Of a DNA stretch of 64,000 nucleotides, positions 18,372 to 28,460 are shown piece by piece; position 1 is the stretch's first letter, and every line of letters begins with the position of its first letter. The DNA comes from Candidatus Magasanikiibacteriota bacterium. Lineage in GTDB: Bacteria > Patescibacteriota > Patescibacteriia > Magasanikbacterales > GWA2-37-8. Made by a program: the position numbers and the translations under genes. The notes beneath the pieces were generated by a model. That model had not been told where the DNA came from. It ran no database searches and was given only the letters and a program-made list of their open reading frames with translations. The DNA lies in the NCBI GenBank assembly GCA_963802255.1, contig CAWDHY010000002.1, positions 183,480 through 247,479 on the forward strand, in the 5' to 3' direction.

Positions 18372-19979
18372 ATGAAGGAACCGAAACCAGAAAAACCGTC
18401 AGTTGACTTTTTATCGCCAGGCAATGAAAAGAAATTATTGACGCCAAGTGATGCAATAAAGCCGGGAAAAAACAAACCCTGGCTGCTTTATTTTTTTATC
18501 GGTCTGTTTGCTTTCATGCTCATCCTTCTCGGAGCGCGCACCCTAATGATTCCTCCTCAAAGCGACCCGGACACATACGGCATGCTTAGTCCAAAAAAAA
18601 TTGGGTTTTTTCAGACTGTAAAAAATTTCCTCTTTTCGCAGGATAATCCGGTTATCGGCGAGGAAAATGACCGAATAAATATTTTGCTTCTTGGCATCGG
18701 CGGTCCCGGTCATGAAGGGCCATACTTAAGCGACACAAACATCATTTTAAGCGTTAAGCCGAGCACGAAAGAAGTGGCAATGATTTCAATACCGCGCGAT
18801 CTTAGTGTAAAAATTGAAAATTATGGCGTCTATCGCGTCAATTATGCCGACGCGCTCGGTGAGAGTAAAAACCCGGGTGAAGGCGGAGAATATGCCAGAA
18901 AAATCTTTTCTCAGACCTTTAGTTTAGATATCCCCTATTATGTACGCGTGAATTTTGATGCATTTGAACAGTTGATCAACGCCGTTGGCGGCGTGGATGT
19001 CAATGTCACAAAACCTTTTGTCGATTATTCTTTTCCAGGGCCAAACTATTCTTATCAAACAGTTTCATTTACATCCGGAACAGAACATATGGAAGGCGAA
19101 CGCGCCTTGCAGTATGCCCGCTCAAGACATGGCACAAACGGAGAAAATTCCGATTTTGCCCGTTCAAGGCGCCAACAACAAATAATCTCCGCTCTAAAAG
19201 ATAAAGTTTTTTCGTTTGGCACCATTACAAACCCCGCCACGCTCCAAAAAATTTGGAGCTCTTTAAGCAGCAATATCGCAACCAATCTTGAATTCAGCCA
19301 AATGCTTTATCTGGCTTCCCTGGCTAAAAATATTGATACGGAAAATATTAAAAATCTGGTATTAGACAGCGGGCCAAACGGCTATTTATACTCGTTTATC
19401 GCACCAAGCGGCGCTTTTATGCTCGCTCCCAAGGGCGGTGGTTTCAATGCGATTAACCTGGCAATAATAAATATTTTTGAGCCATCATTTGTTCCGTCAG
19501 TACCTGTAGAAACCGCGCTAGCAATTTCTGAAAAAAATACTATTTCTACCGCCTCTTCAACAGTTAGTGGCACTGCACAGAGCGCGCGCATACCAACCAG
19601 TTCAGAATTCACAAATTCCGACCAACGCCTGGATTTTGCTTCAGAAGCAAAAATTGAAATACAAAACGGTACCTGGCGGGCCGGATTAGCCAGCCGCCTA
19701 CAAAGTCGTCTATCCGACCAAGGCTTTAATATTATTACCATCGGCAACAGCATCAAGAGGCCAATCGCCACAACAACGATGTATCTGATCAATCAGTCAA
19801 TTTCAAATGAAATAGTAAATTATTTGACAAAACAAGTACGCGGAAAACTGGAAATGAATCTGCCCGATTGGCTTCATGACGATTTTGATGACTCAAAAAC
19901 AATAGAAAATGAAATGGGTGCAAAATTTAATCCTGAAACAGATATTTTAATAATCCTCGGAGCTGATTCCACCGAATAA
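18372..19979 (+). CDS. LytR-CpsA-Psr (LCP) family cell-envelope phosphotransferase with LytR_C domain
   Basis: N-terminal TM; NILLLGIGGPGHEGPYLSDTNIIL...ISIPRDL core typical of LCP. Confidence 0.8.
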   Translation: MKEPKPEKPSVDFLSPGNEKKLLTPSDAIKPGKNKPWLLYFFIGLFAFMLILLGARTLMIPPQSDPDTYGMLSPKKIGFFQTVKNFLFSQDNPVIGEENDRINILLLGIGGPGHEGPYLSDTNIILSVKPSTKEVAMISIPRDLSVKIENYGVYRVNYADALGESKNPGEGGEYARKIFSQTFSLDIPYYVRVNFDAFEQLINAVGGVDVNVTKPFVDYSFPGPNYSYQTVSFTSGTEHMEGERALQYARSRHGTNGENSDFARSRRQQQIISALKDKVFSFGTITNPATLQKIWSSLSSNIATNLEFSQMLYLASLAKNIDTENIKNLVLDSGPNGYLYSFIAPSGAFMLAPKGGGFNAINLAIINIFEPSFVPSVPVETALAISEKNTISTASSTVSGTAQSARIPTSSEFTNSDQRLDFASEAKIEIQNGTWRAGLASRLQSRLSDQGFNIITIGNSIKRPIATTTMYLINQSISNEIVNYLTKQVRGKLEMNLPDWLHDDFDDSKTIENEMGAKFNPETDILIILGADSTE

Positions 19980-19992
19980 CTTTAAAACATTT

Positions 19993-21366
19993 ATGTCAAC
20001 GCCAGCAAAAATAATTGAAACGAACTCCCCTGTAGCAGTGCTTGTCGGACGGGTTAATGTCGGCAAATCAACGCTCTTCAACCGTCTGACGGAAACTGCG
20101 CACGCTCTAGTTTCTGATATCCCCGGAACGACCCGCACCAGAAATATCGGTACGGTACACTGGCGCGGAAAATCATTCCAGCTTGTTGACACCGGCGGTT
20201 TAACTTTTGACGAAACTGTCCCGCTTGAGAAAGATATAATCGAACAAACTGAAATTGCCATAAAAAATGCGGATTTGATATTATTTGTCGTCGATCTTCA
20301 AGATAATCTTTTGCCGCAGGAAAAAGAATTAGCCAAAAAATTGCTGACAAAATATCGCGGAAAAAAACAAATCATTCTGATCGGCAACAAAGCCGATTCG
20401 ACCACGGAAAGACAATACATTTATAACACCGAATGGAAGAAACTCGGACTTGGCGAGCCCATGCCCGTATCCGCAACAAATGGCAGTAATATCGGAGACC
20501 TGCTGGATGTGATATATAAAAATCTTGGCAAGAGCAAAAAGCGTCCAAAAAAGATGATTGAAAAAAAAGCGCTAAAGGTTGCCATTATCGGAAAACCAAA
20601 TGTGGGAAAATCTTCACTCTTTAATAAGCTTATTGGTGAACCTCGCGTTATCGTTTCAGACATGCCACACACAACGCGTGAACCGCATGACACACTGATT
20701 GAAATAGACGGTTCATATATTATTTTTATTGACACCGCCGGAATAAGACGAAAAACTAAAGTGTCCGGAAATCTCGAAAAGCAAGGTATCGGCAAAAGTT
20801 TGGAAGCCATCAAGCGGGCAAACATTGTCCTTTTTGTAATCGATGCCGGAGAGCCGATCACTGATCAAGATAAACAACTTGGCGGCTTTCTGGAAGAACA
20901 TGCCAAGAGCGTCATTATCGTTGTAAACAAATGGGACCTGTCCGAAGATAATGAAGATAGTTTCCGCAATGATGTAAAAAAGAAAATTTACAAATATTTC
21001 CCTCACTTAAATTACGCTCCGATAGTTTTTGTCAGCGCAAAAACAGAATATCGTGTCCATCAAATTTTTCCCATTATTCAGCAAGCGGCCACGGAAAAAC
21101 AGATGGAAATTCCGGCTCACGAACTTAACGAATTTTTTAAGCATGTTATTGCATTGCACAAACCATCCAGAGGCAAAGGCGTCCGTCATCCAAAGATTAT
21201 TAGTTTTCAACAAATTGCCTCTGACCCGCCTGTATTTGAAGCGGTTATTAAACAAAAAACTTCACTTCACACATCATACATTCATTTTCTTAAGCACCGT
21301 TTACGCGAGCAATATGGTTTTTTTGCATCGCCAATAATCATTAAACTTAGAAAAGTAAGAAGATAG
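19993..21366 (+). CDS. der: ribosome biogenesis GTPase Der (EngA)
   Basis: Two tandem GTPase domains (GRVNVGKSTLFN, GKPNVGKSSLFN; DTGG/DTAG; NKAD/NKWD) plus KH-like C-terminus. Confidence 0.9.
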   Translation: MSTPAKIIETNSPVAVLVGRVNVGKSTLFNRLTETAHALVSDIPGTTRTRNIGTVHWRGKSFQLVDTGGLTFDETVPLEKDIIEQTEIAIKNADLILFVVDLQDNLLPQEKELAKKLLTKYRGKKQIILIGNKADSTTERQYIYNTEWKKLGLGEPMPVSATNGSNIGDLLDVIYKNLGKSKKRPKKMIEKKALKVAIIGKPNVGKSSLFNKLIGEPRVIVSDMPHTTREPHDTLIEIDGSYIIFIDTAGIRRKTKVSGNLEKQGIGKSLEAIKRANIVLFVIDAGEPITDQDKQLGGFLEEHAKSVIIVVNKWDLSEDNEDSFRNDVKKKIYKYFPHLNYAPIVFVSAKTEYRVHQIFPIIQQAATEKQMEIPAHELNEFFKHVIALHKPSRGKGVRHPKIISFQQIASDPPVFEAVIKQKTSLHTSYIHFLKHRLREQYGFFASPIIIKLRKVRR

Positions 21367-21367
21367 T

Positions 21368-21892
21368 ATGAAACTTATTGTCGGTTTAGGAAATCCTGGA
21401 TCTGAATATTCGGCGACACGCCACAATGCCGGCTTTTTAGCCGTTGAAGTATTAGCACAGAAATCTGGCGCAATTTTTAGTATGAATAAAAAATTTAGTG
21501 CGGAAATCGCTGAAATGAAAAAAGGCAGAAAAAAAATTATTCTCGCCAAACCTCAGACTTATATGAACGATTCGGGAATAAGCGTTAGAGTGATCGCCTT
21601 TTTTTACAAGATTAAACCGTCAGATATCATCGTATTACATGATGATAAGGATATTAACTTGGGAGAATATAAAATTCAGCTGAACAGATCAGCTGCCGGC
21701 CACAACGGAGTGCAGTCTATTATTAATCATTTGGGGACACAAAATTTTTACCGCCTCCGTATCGGTATCAAACCAAAAAAACAAATTTCCGATACTGCTG
21801 ATTTTGTGCTGGGGAAAATTTCAAAAACTGAGTCCGTTTTGCTGAATAAAATTGTTGAAGAGGCTACTGAAAAAATTTTTGAGACGCTATGA
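21368..21892 (+). CDS. pth: peptidyl-tRNA hydrolase
   Basis: MKLIVGLGNPGSEYSATRHNAGF N-terminal signature. Confidence 0.9.
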   Translation: MKLIVGLGNPGSEYSATRHNAGFLAVEVLAQKSGAIFSMNKKFSAEIAEMKKGRKKIILAKPQTYMNDSGISVRVIAFFYKIKPSDIIVLHDDKDINLGEYKIQLNRSAAGHNGVQSIINHLGTQNFYRLRIGIKPKKQISDTADFVLGKISKTESVLLNKIVEEATEKIFETL

Positions 21893-22971
21893 ATCCATTG
21901 GTTAGCTACTCATTTTTTTCAAAAATAAATAACCGCCGGTTAAAAAAGCTGGCGGATTATTTTTCTGATTATTCAAAAATCGGCAATGCGGAATTTACCG
22001 ATCTGGTTCAAGCCGGATGGGAAGAAGGCGTGGCGCATGAATTTGTCAGTTGGCGTGAAAATTTTTCCACTGATAAAATTGCCGCCATCCTTGATCAGGA
22101 AGGCATCTGGACGGTTTCAATAGATGAACCGTCTTACCCTGCTTTGCTTAAACATATTGCCGACCCTCCTTACACGCTATTTATACGCGGCACGCTGCCG
22201 GCAAATGACCTTCCAGCTCTTGGCGTAGTCGGTACCCGTAAAATTTCTTCATATGGCGCGGCCGCTTGCGCATCAATAATCCCGCCAATCGCAAAATCCG
22301 GGATGGTTATTGTCAGCGGGCTTGCTTTAGGCCTGGACGGATTGGCGCATGAAGAAACGTTAAAAGCAGGCGGAATCACTGTCGCAATTTTAGGCAGTGG
22401 TGTTGACCGCAATACCATATATCCGGCCGCCCACCATTCTCTTTCCGAGCGTATTATTAAATCCGGCGGGGCAATTATTTCGGAATATCCACCTGAATTC
22501 AAACCGACTAAATACTCATTCCCCGCACGTAATCGCATTATTGCCGGCCTGACTCTTGGCACTTTAGTTATTGAAGCTCCCGAAGGTTCCGGCGCTCTCA
22601 TCACTGCCCGCGCCGCCCTTGATTACAATCGTGAAGTTATGGCTGTCCCGCATCCGATAAACACGCTAAATGGCGAAGGAAATAACCGCCTGATAAAACA
22701 AGGCGCCCGGCTGGTGAGCGAAGCTGAAGATGTTATTGAAACATTAAATCTGTCTATCGTTTTTGAAAAAAAATCCGAGGAAAAAACCTGTTCCGGGCTT
22801 ACTCCTGATCAACTCGCAATCTATCAACTTTTGAGTTTTGAACCGAAGACCATTGATCAAATCGCATCTGAAATCAACAAGCCCAGCAGTTCCGTTAGTG
22901 GCGCACTGTCGATTCTTGAAATCAAGGGATTGGTGAAAGGTGCCGGTAATTCATGCTATATTAAGGTATAG
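21889..22971 (+). CDS. dprA: DNA processing protein DprA (Smf)
   Basis: Rossmann-like DprA core (GTRKISSYG...VSGLALGLDGLAHEETLKAGG...AILGSGVD); overlaps the pth stop by 4 nt. Confidence 0.85.
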   Translation: MNPLVSYSFFSKINNRRLKKLADYFSDYSKIGNAEFTDLVQAGWEEGVAHEFVSWRENFSTDKIAAILDQEGIWTVSIDEPSYPALLKHIADPPYTLFIRGTLPANDLPALGVVGTRKISSYGAAACASIIPPIAKSGMVIVSGLALGLDGLAHEETLKAGGITVAILGSGVDRNTIYPAAHHSLSERIIKSGGAIISEYPPEFKPTKYSFPARNRIIAGLTLGTLVIEAPEGSGALITARAALDYNREVMAVPHPINTLNGEGNNRLIKQGARLVSEAEDVIETLNLSIVFEKKSEEKTCSGLTPDQLAIYQLLSFEPKTIDQIASEINKPSSSVSGALSILEIKGLVKGAGNSCYIKV

Positions 22972-23121
22972 GGGTCAATTTGACATTATTTTAGCTCTCG
23001 GCTAATATAATTGGCATCAAATCACATATATATCTGTAATATAAACTATAGAGCCATTTACAAGCTCTTCCACTCGTAAATGCCCGCATTTGCAGGCATT
23101 CCCGTTCAACTGTATTCGCTT

Positions 23122-25368
23122 ATGAAAACACTTGTAATTGTAGAGTCCCCGGCAAAAGCCAAAACAATATCCAAATTCCTCGGTGGTAAATATGCGGTCA
23201 AATCTTCATTTGGCCATATTCGCGACCTACCAAAACGCGAGCTGGGTATTGATGTTGATAAAAATTTTGAACCCAAATATGTAGTCAGCCGGGACAAAGC
23301 AAAAATAGTCAAAGAATTAAAAACTGCAGCCGCAAAAGTCAAAGAAGTGCTATTTGCAACTGATGAAGACCGTGAAGGAGAAGCTATTTCCTGGCATCTG
23401 GCAAATGTCCTCAACATTGATCCAAATAAGGTCAGCCGCATAGCTTTTCACGAAATCACAAAAGAAGCGATTGAAAAAGCGTTGGAAAACCCGCGCAAGC
23501 TTGATATGAAATTAGTTGATGCCCAGCAAGGCCGTCGTATTCTTGACCGTTTAGTCGGATACAAACTATCCCCTTTTCTATGGCGAAAAGTAGCCAAAGG
23601 ATTATCTGCGGGTCGGGTACAATCGGTAGCTGTTCGTCTTATTGTTGAACGCGAACGCGAAATCAAAGATTTTAAACCGGAAGAGTACTGGTCTGTTGAA
23701 GGAAATTTTTCCGAGGGAAACAGCGATTCATTTATCGCCAAACTTACCACCACGCCCGACGGCAAACTTGATAAAATGGATTTGAAAAATCAATCAGCGG
23801 TTGACGGAATACTTTCAAATCTAAAAAGTGCCACCTATACGATTTCAAATACGGAAGAAAAATTGACTAACCGACAGCCTTCTCCCCCTTTTATTACTTC
23901 CACTCTTCAGCAGGAGGCCAATCATCGCTTGGGTTTTTCCGCCAAGCAAACAATGCGTATCGCTCAACAGTTATATGAAGGCGTAGAACTCGGGCCCGAA
24001 GGATCTGTGGGCTTAATCACCTACATGCGTACCGATTCTACAAACTTATCCGAAAAATTTTTACAAGATGCAAAAACCGCCATCACCGAAGGCTACGGAG
24101 CAAAATTTTATAACGGCGAACCACGGATTTTTAAAACAAAAAATAAAAATGCTCAGGAAGCGCATGAGGCAATCAGACCAACTGAAGCCTCCCGCAATCC
24201 AGATTCCATCGAGACATTTTTAGAGCGCAATCAATATAAATTATACGACTTGATTTGGCGCCGGGCGCTGTCATCGCAGATGGCCGCGGCGAAAGTAAAT
24301 AACGCCGTTATTGATATTGAATCAAACAATAAATATGTTTTCCGCGCAAACGGACAAAATCTTGTTTTTGAAGGATTTTTAAAATTATATCCGGAAAAAA
24401 CTAAAGAAAATTTATTGCCAAAAGTTGAAAATGGCGCTGTGGTAAAATGCGACGAACTTAAACCTGAACAGCATTTTACCGAACCACCGGGAAGATATTC
24501 CGACGCGACATTGGTCAAAGCACTGGAAGAATTCGGCATTGGCCGCCCATCTACTTATGCGCCAACAATCGCCACTATTGAAGACCGCGGCTATGTTATG
24601 CGCGATGAAAAGAAAAAACTTTTTCCACGCGATATCGCCTATTTGGTAAATGACCTGCTGGTCGCTCACTTTCCAAATATTGTCGATTTTAAATTTACGG
24701 CTCAAATGGAAGAAAATCTCGACCAGGTTGCCGAGGGTGAAAAAGAATGGCAACCTGTAATCGCCGAATTTTATGGCCCATTTAAGGATAATCTTGAGCA
24801 AAAAGACAAGGAACTGTCTAAAAAAGAATTAACTGAAGAAAAGACCGATGAAGTATGCGATAAATGTGGATCTCCTATGGTCATACGCGTTGGAAGATTC
24901 GGCAAATTTATGGCTTGTTCCGATTATCCCCAATGCAAAAATACTAAACCACTGCCGGGCGAAGAAGGCGCTGAATCAGCTTCAGTTATTGAAGCAACAA
25001 GTGAAGCATGCGAAAAATGCGGAGCGCCGATGGTAAGAAAAGTCGGGCGTTTTGGGCCGTTTATCAGCTGCAGTGCTTATCCGAAGTGCAAAAATATAAA
25101 AAGTATTGAAATTAAGATAAATCTAAAATGTCCAAAATGCTCCGAAGGGGATGTTATACAACGAAAGACTAAAAGAGGTAAAATATTCTTTGGTTGTAAC
25201 CGTTATCCAAAATGCGATTTTGCCCTTTGGGACAAACCGACCGGAGAAAAATGCCCGGCCTGCGATAGCCCTATGGTCCAAAACAAAAAAGAAGATACAA
25301 TTTGCAGTAACAAAGAATGTCCATCCTCCGGCTCAAAGAAAAAGAAGGATGTTAAAACCAAAAAATAA
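23122..25368 (+). CDS. topA: DNA topoisomerase I with C-terminal Cys4 zinc-ribbon repeats
   Basis: TOPRIM MKTLVIVESPAKAKTI, active-site region, several CxxC..CxxC zinc ribbons at the C-terminus; true start at MKTLVIV rather than the ORF-track 23080. Confidence 0.9.
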   Translation: MKTLVIVESPAKAKTISKFLGGKYAVKSSFGHIRDLPKRELGIDVDKNFEPKYVVSRDKAKIVKELKTAAAKVKEVLFATDEDREGEAISWHLANVLNIDPNKVSRIAFHEITKEAIEKALENPRKLDMKLVDAQQGRRILDRLVGYKLSPFLWRKVAKGLSAGRVQSVAVRLIVEREREIKDFKPEEYWSVEGNFSEGNSDSFIAKLTTTPDGKLDKMDLKNQSAVDGILSNLKSATYTISNTEEKLTNRQPSPPFITSTLQQEANHRLGFSAKQTMRIAQQLYEGVELGPEGSVGLITYMRTDSTNLSEKFLQDAKTAITEGYGAKFYNGEPRIFKTKNKNAQEAHEAIRPTEASRNPDSIETFLERNQYKLYDLIWRRALSSQMAAAKVNNAVIDIESNNKYVFRANGQNLVFEGFLKLYPEKTKENLLPKVENGAVVKCDELKPEQHFTEPPGRYSDATLVKALEEFGIGRPSTYAPTIATIEDRGYVMRDEKKKLFPRDIAYLVNDLLVAHFPNIVDFKFTAQMEENLDQVAEGEKEWQPVIAEFYGPFKDNLEQKDKELSKKELTEEKTDEVCDKCGSPMVIRVGRFGKFMACSDYPQCKNTKPLPGEEGAESASVIEATSEACEKCGAPMVRKVGRFGPFISCSAYPKCKNIKSIEIKINLKCPKCSEGDVIQRKTKRGKIFFGCNRYPKCDFALWDKPTGEKCPACDSPMVQNKKEDTICSNKECPSSGSKKKKDVKTKK

Positions 25369-25377
25369 TTATAAAAA

Positions 25378-25403
25378 CATCCGCTTGAGGGCGGATGTTT
25401 TTA
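25378..25403 (+). terminator. intrinsic terminator for topA (catccgc-ttgagg-gcggatg-ttttt)
   Basis: 7-bp stem followed by a T-tract. Confidence 0.7.
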
Positions 25404-25569
25404 TTGCAGGGGCGAAAGGCGAACCTTAATGCCTTTGGTGATGTTAAGGGCCGATCGCCTCCTGCAAATAATACCTTAGCATAAAAAACTAAAAATATCA
25501 ATGGGCGGCTCCCTCTCAACTACTTGTGTCAATCCTATATTTCGACGCCTAAATTTAAGAAATAAAAAA

Positions 25570-25805
25570 GGGGCCACTCCGAAAAACGATCGGAGGGGCC
25601 CCATACCTGTATCTTGCCGCTAATCTTGTCTGTGACACTGCCCGTCATGTTTTGACAACAACCTGGGAGGGTTTTGACGCGACACTGCCGCTAGCGGTCT
25701 TTTCCGGGCGATTTCTTCCATGACTTCTTCCACGGTCGCCCAGCGCACTCCAACAGGCATGGAGCGCCTTTGTAAAGGAGCGGTACTTGCTCTGACCTGC
25801 TGCAA
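25570..25805 (-). ncRNA. GC-rich transcription unit of about 235 nt bounded by promoter and terminator; candidate small ncRNA, or alternatively a 46-aa small ORF (MPVGVRWATV...)
   Basis: Minus-strand promoter TTGACG N17 TAGACT (25811-25839); terminator ggggccactccg...cggaggggcccc plus T-tract (25563-25604); internal hairpins and direct repeats of GGCAGTGTC and GTCAAAAC; no ORF starts downstream of the predicted transcription start with a good SD. Confidence 0.3.
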
Positions 25806-25810
25806 CAAAT

Positions 25811-25839
25811 AGTCTATCACAGAGCTTTTTTGTCGTCAA
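25811..25839 (-). promoter_or_regulatory. sigma70-type promoter TTGACG N17 TAGACT
   Basis: Hexamers with 17-nt spacing on the minus strand. Confidence 0.45.
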
Positions 25840-26008
25840 GAAAAGCTATAAAAAGCAAAAACCCCGTGTCCAGAGGGCACGGAGTTTTGCAGCACTAAGT
25901 TCTTAACATCACGAAAATACTATAGCACAAATTATCCATCTTGTCAAGTCCGGCAAATAGAGATAGAATAAAAAATGGGCCATATCAGGGCTTTTATTTT
26001 ACAGAACT

Positions 26009-27514
26009 ATGATAAGCCAGATAGTATTACCACAAAAAGTTACACTCGATTCTTTGGTTGATGAGCTAAAGAAATATTGCATAAAATCCGACCTTGAGAT
26101 GGTCCGGATGGCTTATGATTTTGCCGCTGAAGCCCACAAAGGCCAGGTACGCTTTAATGGAGAACCATACATCTCTCATCCGCTCACCGCCGCCTATATT
26201 CTTGCCATGATGCATATTGATATCAACATTATTATCGCGGCTCTTCTTCATGACGTTCCTGAGGATACCGACATTACTTTAGATGCTATTGAAAAAAAGT
26301 TCGGCCGTGACGTGGCCAATATGGCGAGAGGTATAACAAAATTAGGAAAATTGAAATACCGCGGAGTTGAACGCTACTTGGAAAATTTGCGAAAAATGTT
26401 TGTGGCTATGGCCGAAGATATCCGGGTGATGATTATAAAATTTGCCGACCGCATCCACAATCTTCTTACCCTTGAGGCTCAGCCACCTAACAAGCAATAT
26501 CGTATTGCATTGGAGAGCCTGGAGATTTATGCACCAATTGCCAACCGTCTCGGCATGGGAGAATTTAAAGGCATACTTGAGGATCTTTCTTTTCAATATG
26601 TTTTTCCGAAAGAATATGAACGCGTCAAAGAAATTAGCGATGAAACCATTGCCGAAGAAGAGCCTTATTTAGATCAGATAATGGTGGAATCAAAAAAAGA
26701 AATCAGGGATGCCGGCATAAAAATTATTGACATACATGGAAGAAAAAAACGGCTGTATAGCTTATTTCAAAAATTGAAACAAAAAGATTGGGACGTGGAT
26801 CAGATACACGATATTGTAGCCGTGCGTATTTTAGTCCCGGGTATAAGCGATTGCTATGCCGCTCTTGGAATTATTCATAAATTATGGCGCCCTCTTAAGG
26901 GAAGGATAAAGGATTATATTTCACAGCCGAAACCAAACGGATACAAGTCTTTGCATACGACGGTTTTTTGCGACGACGGAAAAGTGGTGGAATTTCAAAT
27001 CCGCACGCCTGAAATGCATGAGGCTGCTGAATTCGGTATTGCCGCGCATTGGCATTATGACGAAAAGAAAGGCCCGCCCCGCGCCATGGCTAAAGACGTT
27101 AGCTGGGCGAAAGAACTGGCGCGCATACAAAAGGAAGTTTTAAACAATCTTTCCGATCTGGATTCATTAAAAATTGATTTCTTTCAGAATCGAATTTTTG
27201 TTTTTACTCCGAATGGAGATGTCATAGACCTGCCGGAAAATGCCACTCCGGTTGATTTTGCATATCATATTCACACTGATATCGGTAACAAATGTAACGG
27301 CGCTCTGGTTAACGAACAGATGGTATCGCTCGACACCGCACTGCGAAGCGGAGACGTCGTTGAGGTGATTGTTGACAAAAACCGCAAGGGCCCAAGCCGC
27401 GATTGGCTAAAATTTGTTAAAACGCATGTGGCAAAATCCCGCATCAGACAATATCTTAATACGCAGAAAAAAAACTGGCTGGCGACAATTTTGCCGATGC
27501 CATTAAAAAAATAA
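26009..27514 (+). CDS. short RelA/SpoT homolog: bifunctional (p)ppGpp hydrolase/synthetase with TGS domain, no ACT/CC domains
   Basis: HD domain (HDVPEDT), synthetase core (RILVPG...YKSLHTTV), TGS segment; only 501 aa. Confidence 0.85.
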   Translation: MISQIVLPQKVTLDSLVDELKKYCIKSDLEMVRMAYDFAAEAHKGQVRFNGEPYISHPLTAAYILAMMHIDINIIIAALLHDVPEDTDITLDAIEKKFGRDVANMARGITKLGKLKYRGVERYLENLRKMFVAMAEDIRVMIIKFADRIHNLLTLEAQPPNKQYRIALESLEIYAPIANRLGMGEFKGILEDLSFQYVFPKEYERVKEISDETIAEEEPYLDQIMVESKKEIRDAGIKIIDIHGRKKRLYSLFQKLKQKDWDVDQIHDIVAVRILVPGISDCYAALGIIHKLWRPLKGRIKDYISQPKPNGYKSLHTTVFCDDGKVVEFQIRTPEMHEAAEFGIAAHWHYDEKKGPPRAMAKDVSWAKELARIQKEVLNNLSDLDSLKIDFFQNRIFVFTPNGDVIDLPENATPVDFAYHIHTDIGNKCNGALVNEQMVSLDTALRSGDVVEVIVDKNRKGPSRDWLKFVKTHVAKSRIRQYLNTQKKNWLATILPMPLKK

Positions 27515-27529
27515 TTTTTACGCCAAATA

Positions 27530-27560
27530 AAAAAGTCCCGGTTAGATCCGGGACTTTTTT
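27530..27560. terminator. bidirectional intrinsic terminator aaaaagtcccgg-ttagat-ccgggactttttt
   Basis: Perfect 9-bp stem with flanking A- and T-tracts between convergent rel and parB. Confidence 0.75.
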
Positions 27561-28425
27561 ATTCACCGATAATTTTTTTGACCACTCTGGCCAGTTCTTC
27601 TTTTGAGAAATAATTTATCGCCACTATTCCGCTTTCTCCTTTTTGAGTAATATTAACTTTTGTACCGAGTGCGGTCCTGAGTTTTTGCTCAATATACGCT
27701 AAATTAGGATCTCGGCGTGAAAAACCGCCTGGCTTCATTTTTTGCACAATTTTTTCCATCTCACGAACGGAAATCTTCTGACCCAGCATTGAAGAAAGTG
27801 CATCAAGCTGTTCCTTTTCATTTTTCAAAGATAGCAACGCCCGGGCTTGACCCATATTAATTCTCTTTTCTATCAGAGCCTTCTGGACTTCATCCGGCAG
27901 CTCAAGCAATCTTATAATATTGGCTACCGCCGGTCTGCTTTTTCCAAGCTTGTCAGCCACTTGTTGCTGAGTTAAATTAAATTCATCAATTAAACGTTTA
28001 TAGGCAAACGCTTCCTCAATCGGATCCAAATCGGCTCGCTGAATATTTTCTATTAAAGAAATCTCCAATTTCGCCAACTCAGGCAACTGCTTAACTAAAG
28101 CCGGGACTGACGGTAAACCAGCTAATTTCGCTGCTCGCCAACGCCTTTCTCCGGCAATCAGTTCATATCCCCCGTCGCGCTTTTCTGCCACCAATATAGG
28201 CTGTAATACTCCATGTTCCTTTATTGACACAGATAACTCCTGCAACGCTTCAGGGTCAAAGTGCTTTCGTGGCTGGTTGGCGTTAGGAAATATTTCAGAA
28301 ATCGGAATAATCCAAATTTTTGACGAATTTGTCGCTTCACCCGCCTTCGATCCTGTTTCATATTCTTTTTTTTGTCTGGATGTTGTCGGCGTAATTAACG
28401 CCCCCAATCCGCGTCCTAATGACAT
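27559..28425 (-). CDS. parB: chromosome partitioning protein ParB (Spo0J)
   Basis: ParB box GERRWRAAKLAGL, HTH region, C-terminal dimerization domain. Confidence 0.85.
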   Translation of the reverse strand: MSLGRGLGALITPTTSRQKKEYETGSKAGEATNSSKIWIIPISEIFPNANQPRKHFDPEALQELSVSIKEHGVLQPILVAEKRDGGYELIAGERRWRAAKLAGLPSVPALVKQLPELAKLEISLIENIQRADLDPIEEAFAYKRLIDEFNLTQQQVADKLGKSRPAVANIIRLLELPDEVQKALIEKRINMGQARALLSLKNEKEQLDALSSMLGQKISVREMEKIVQKMKPGGFSRRDPNLAYIEQKLRTALGTKVNITQKGESGIVAINYFSKEELARVVKKIIGE

Positions 28426-28460
28426 AAATTATTAAATCAAAATTCTATTAATATTTATTA

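Noticed and set aside
25570-25805. SRP RNA, tmRNA or RNase P RNA identity for the GC-rich transcript
   Set aside because: No domain IV GGAAGCAGCC-type motif, no tRNA-like GGUUCGAAUCC or CCA end, no GGAAAGUCCGGGC CR-I motif found by eye
25620-25839. Two overlapping 64-66-aa minus-strand ORFs in the GC-rich unit
   Set aside because: Their ORF-track starts lie inside or upstream of the promoter -10, so they are not fully transcribed; only a 46-aa internal ORF would be compatible with the promoter
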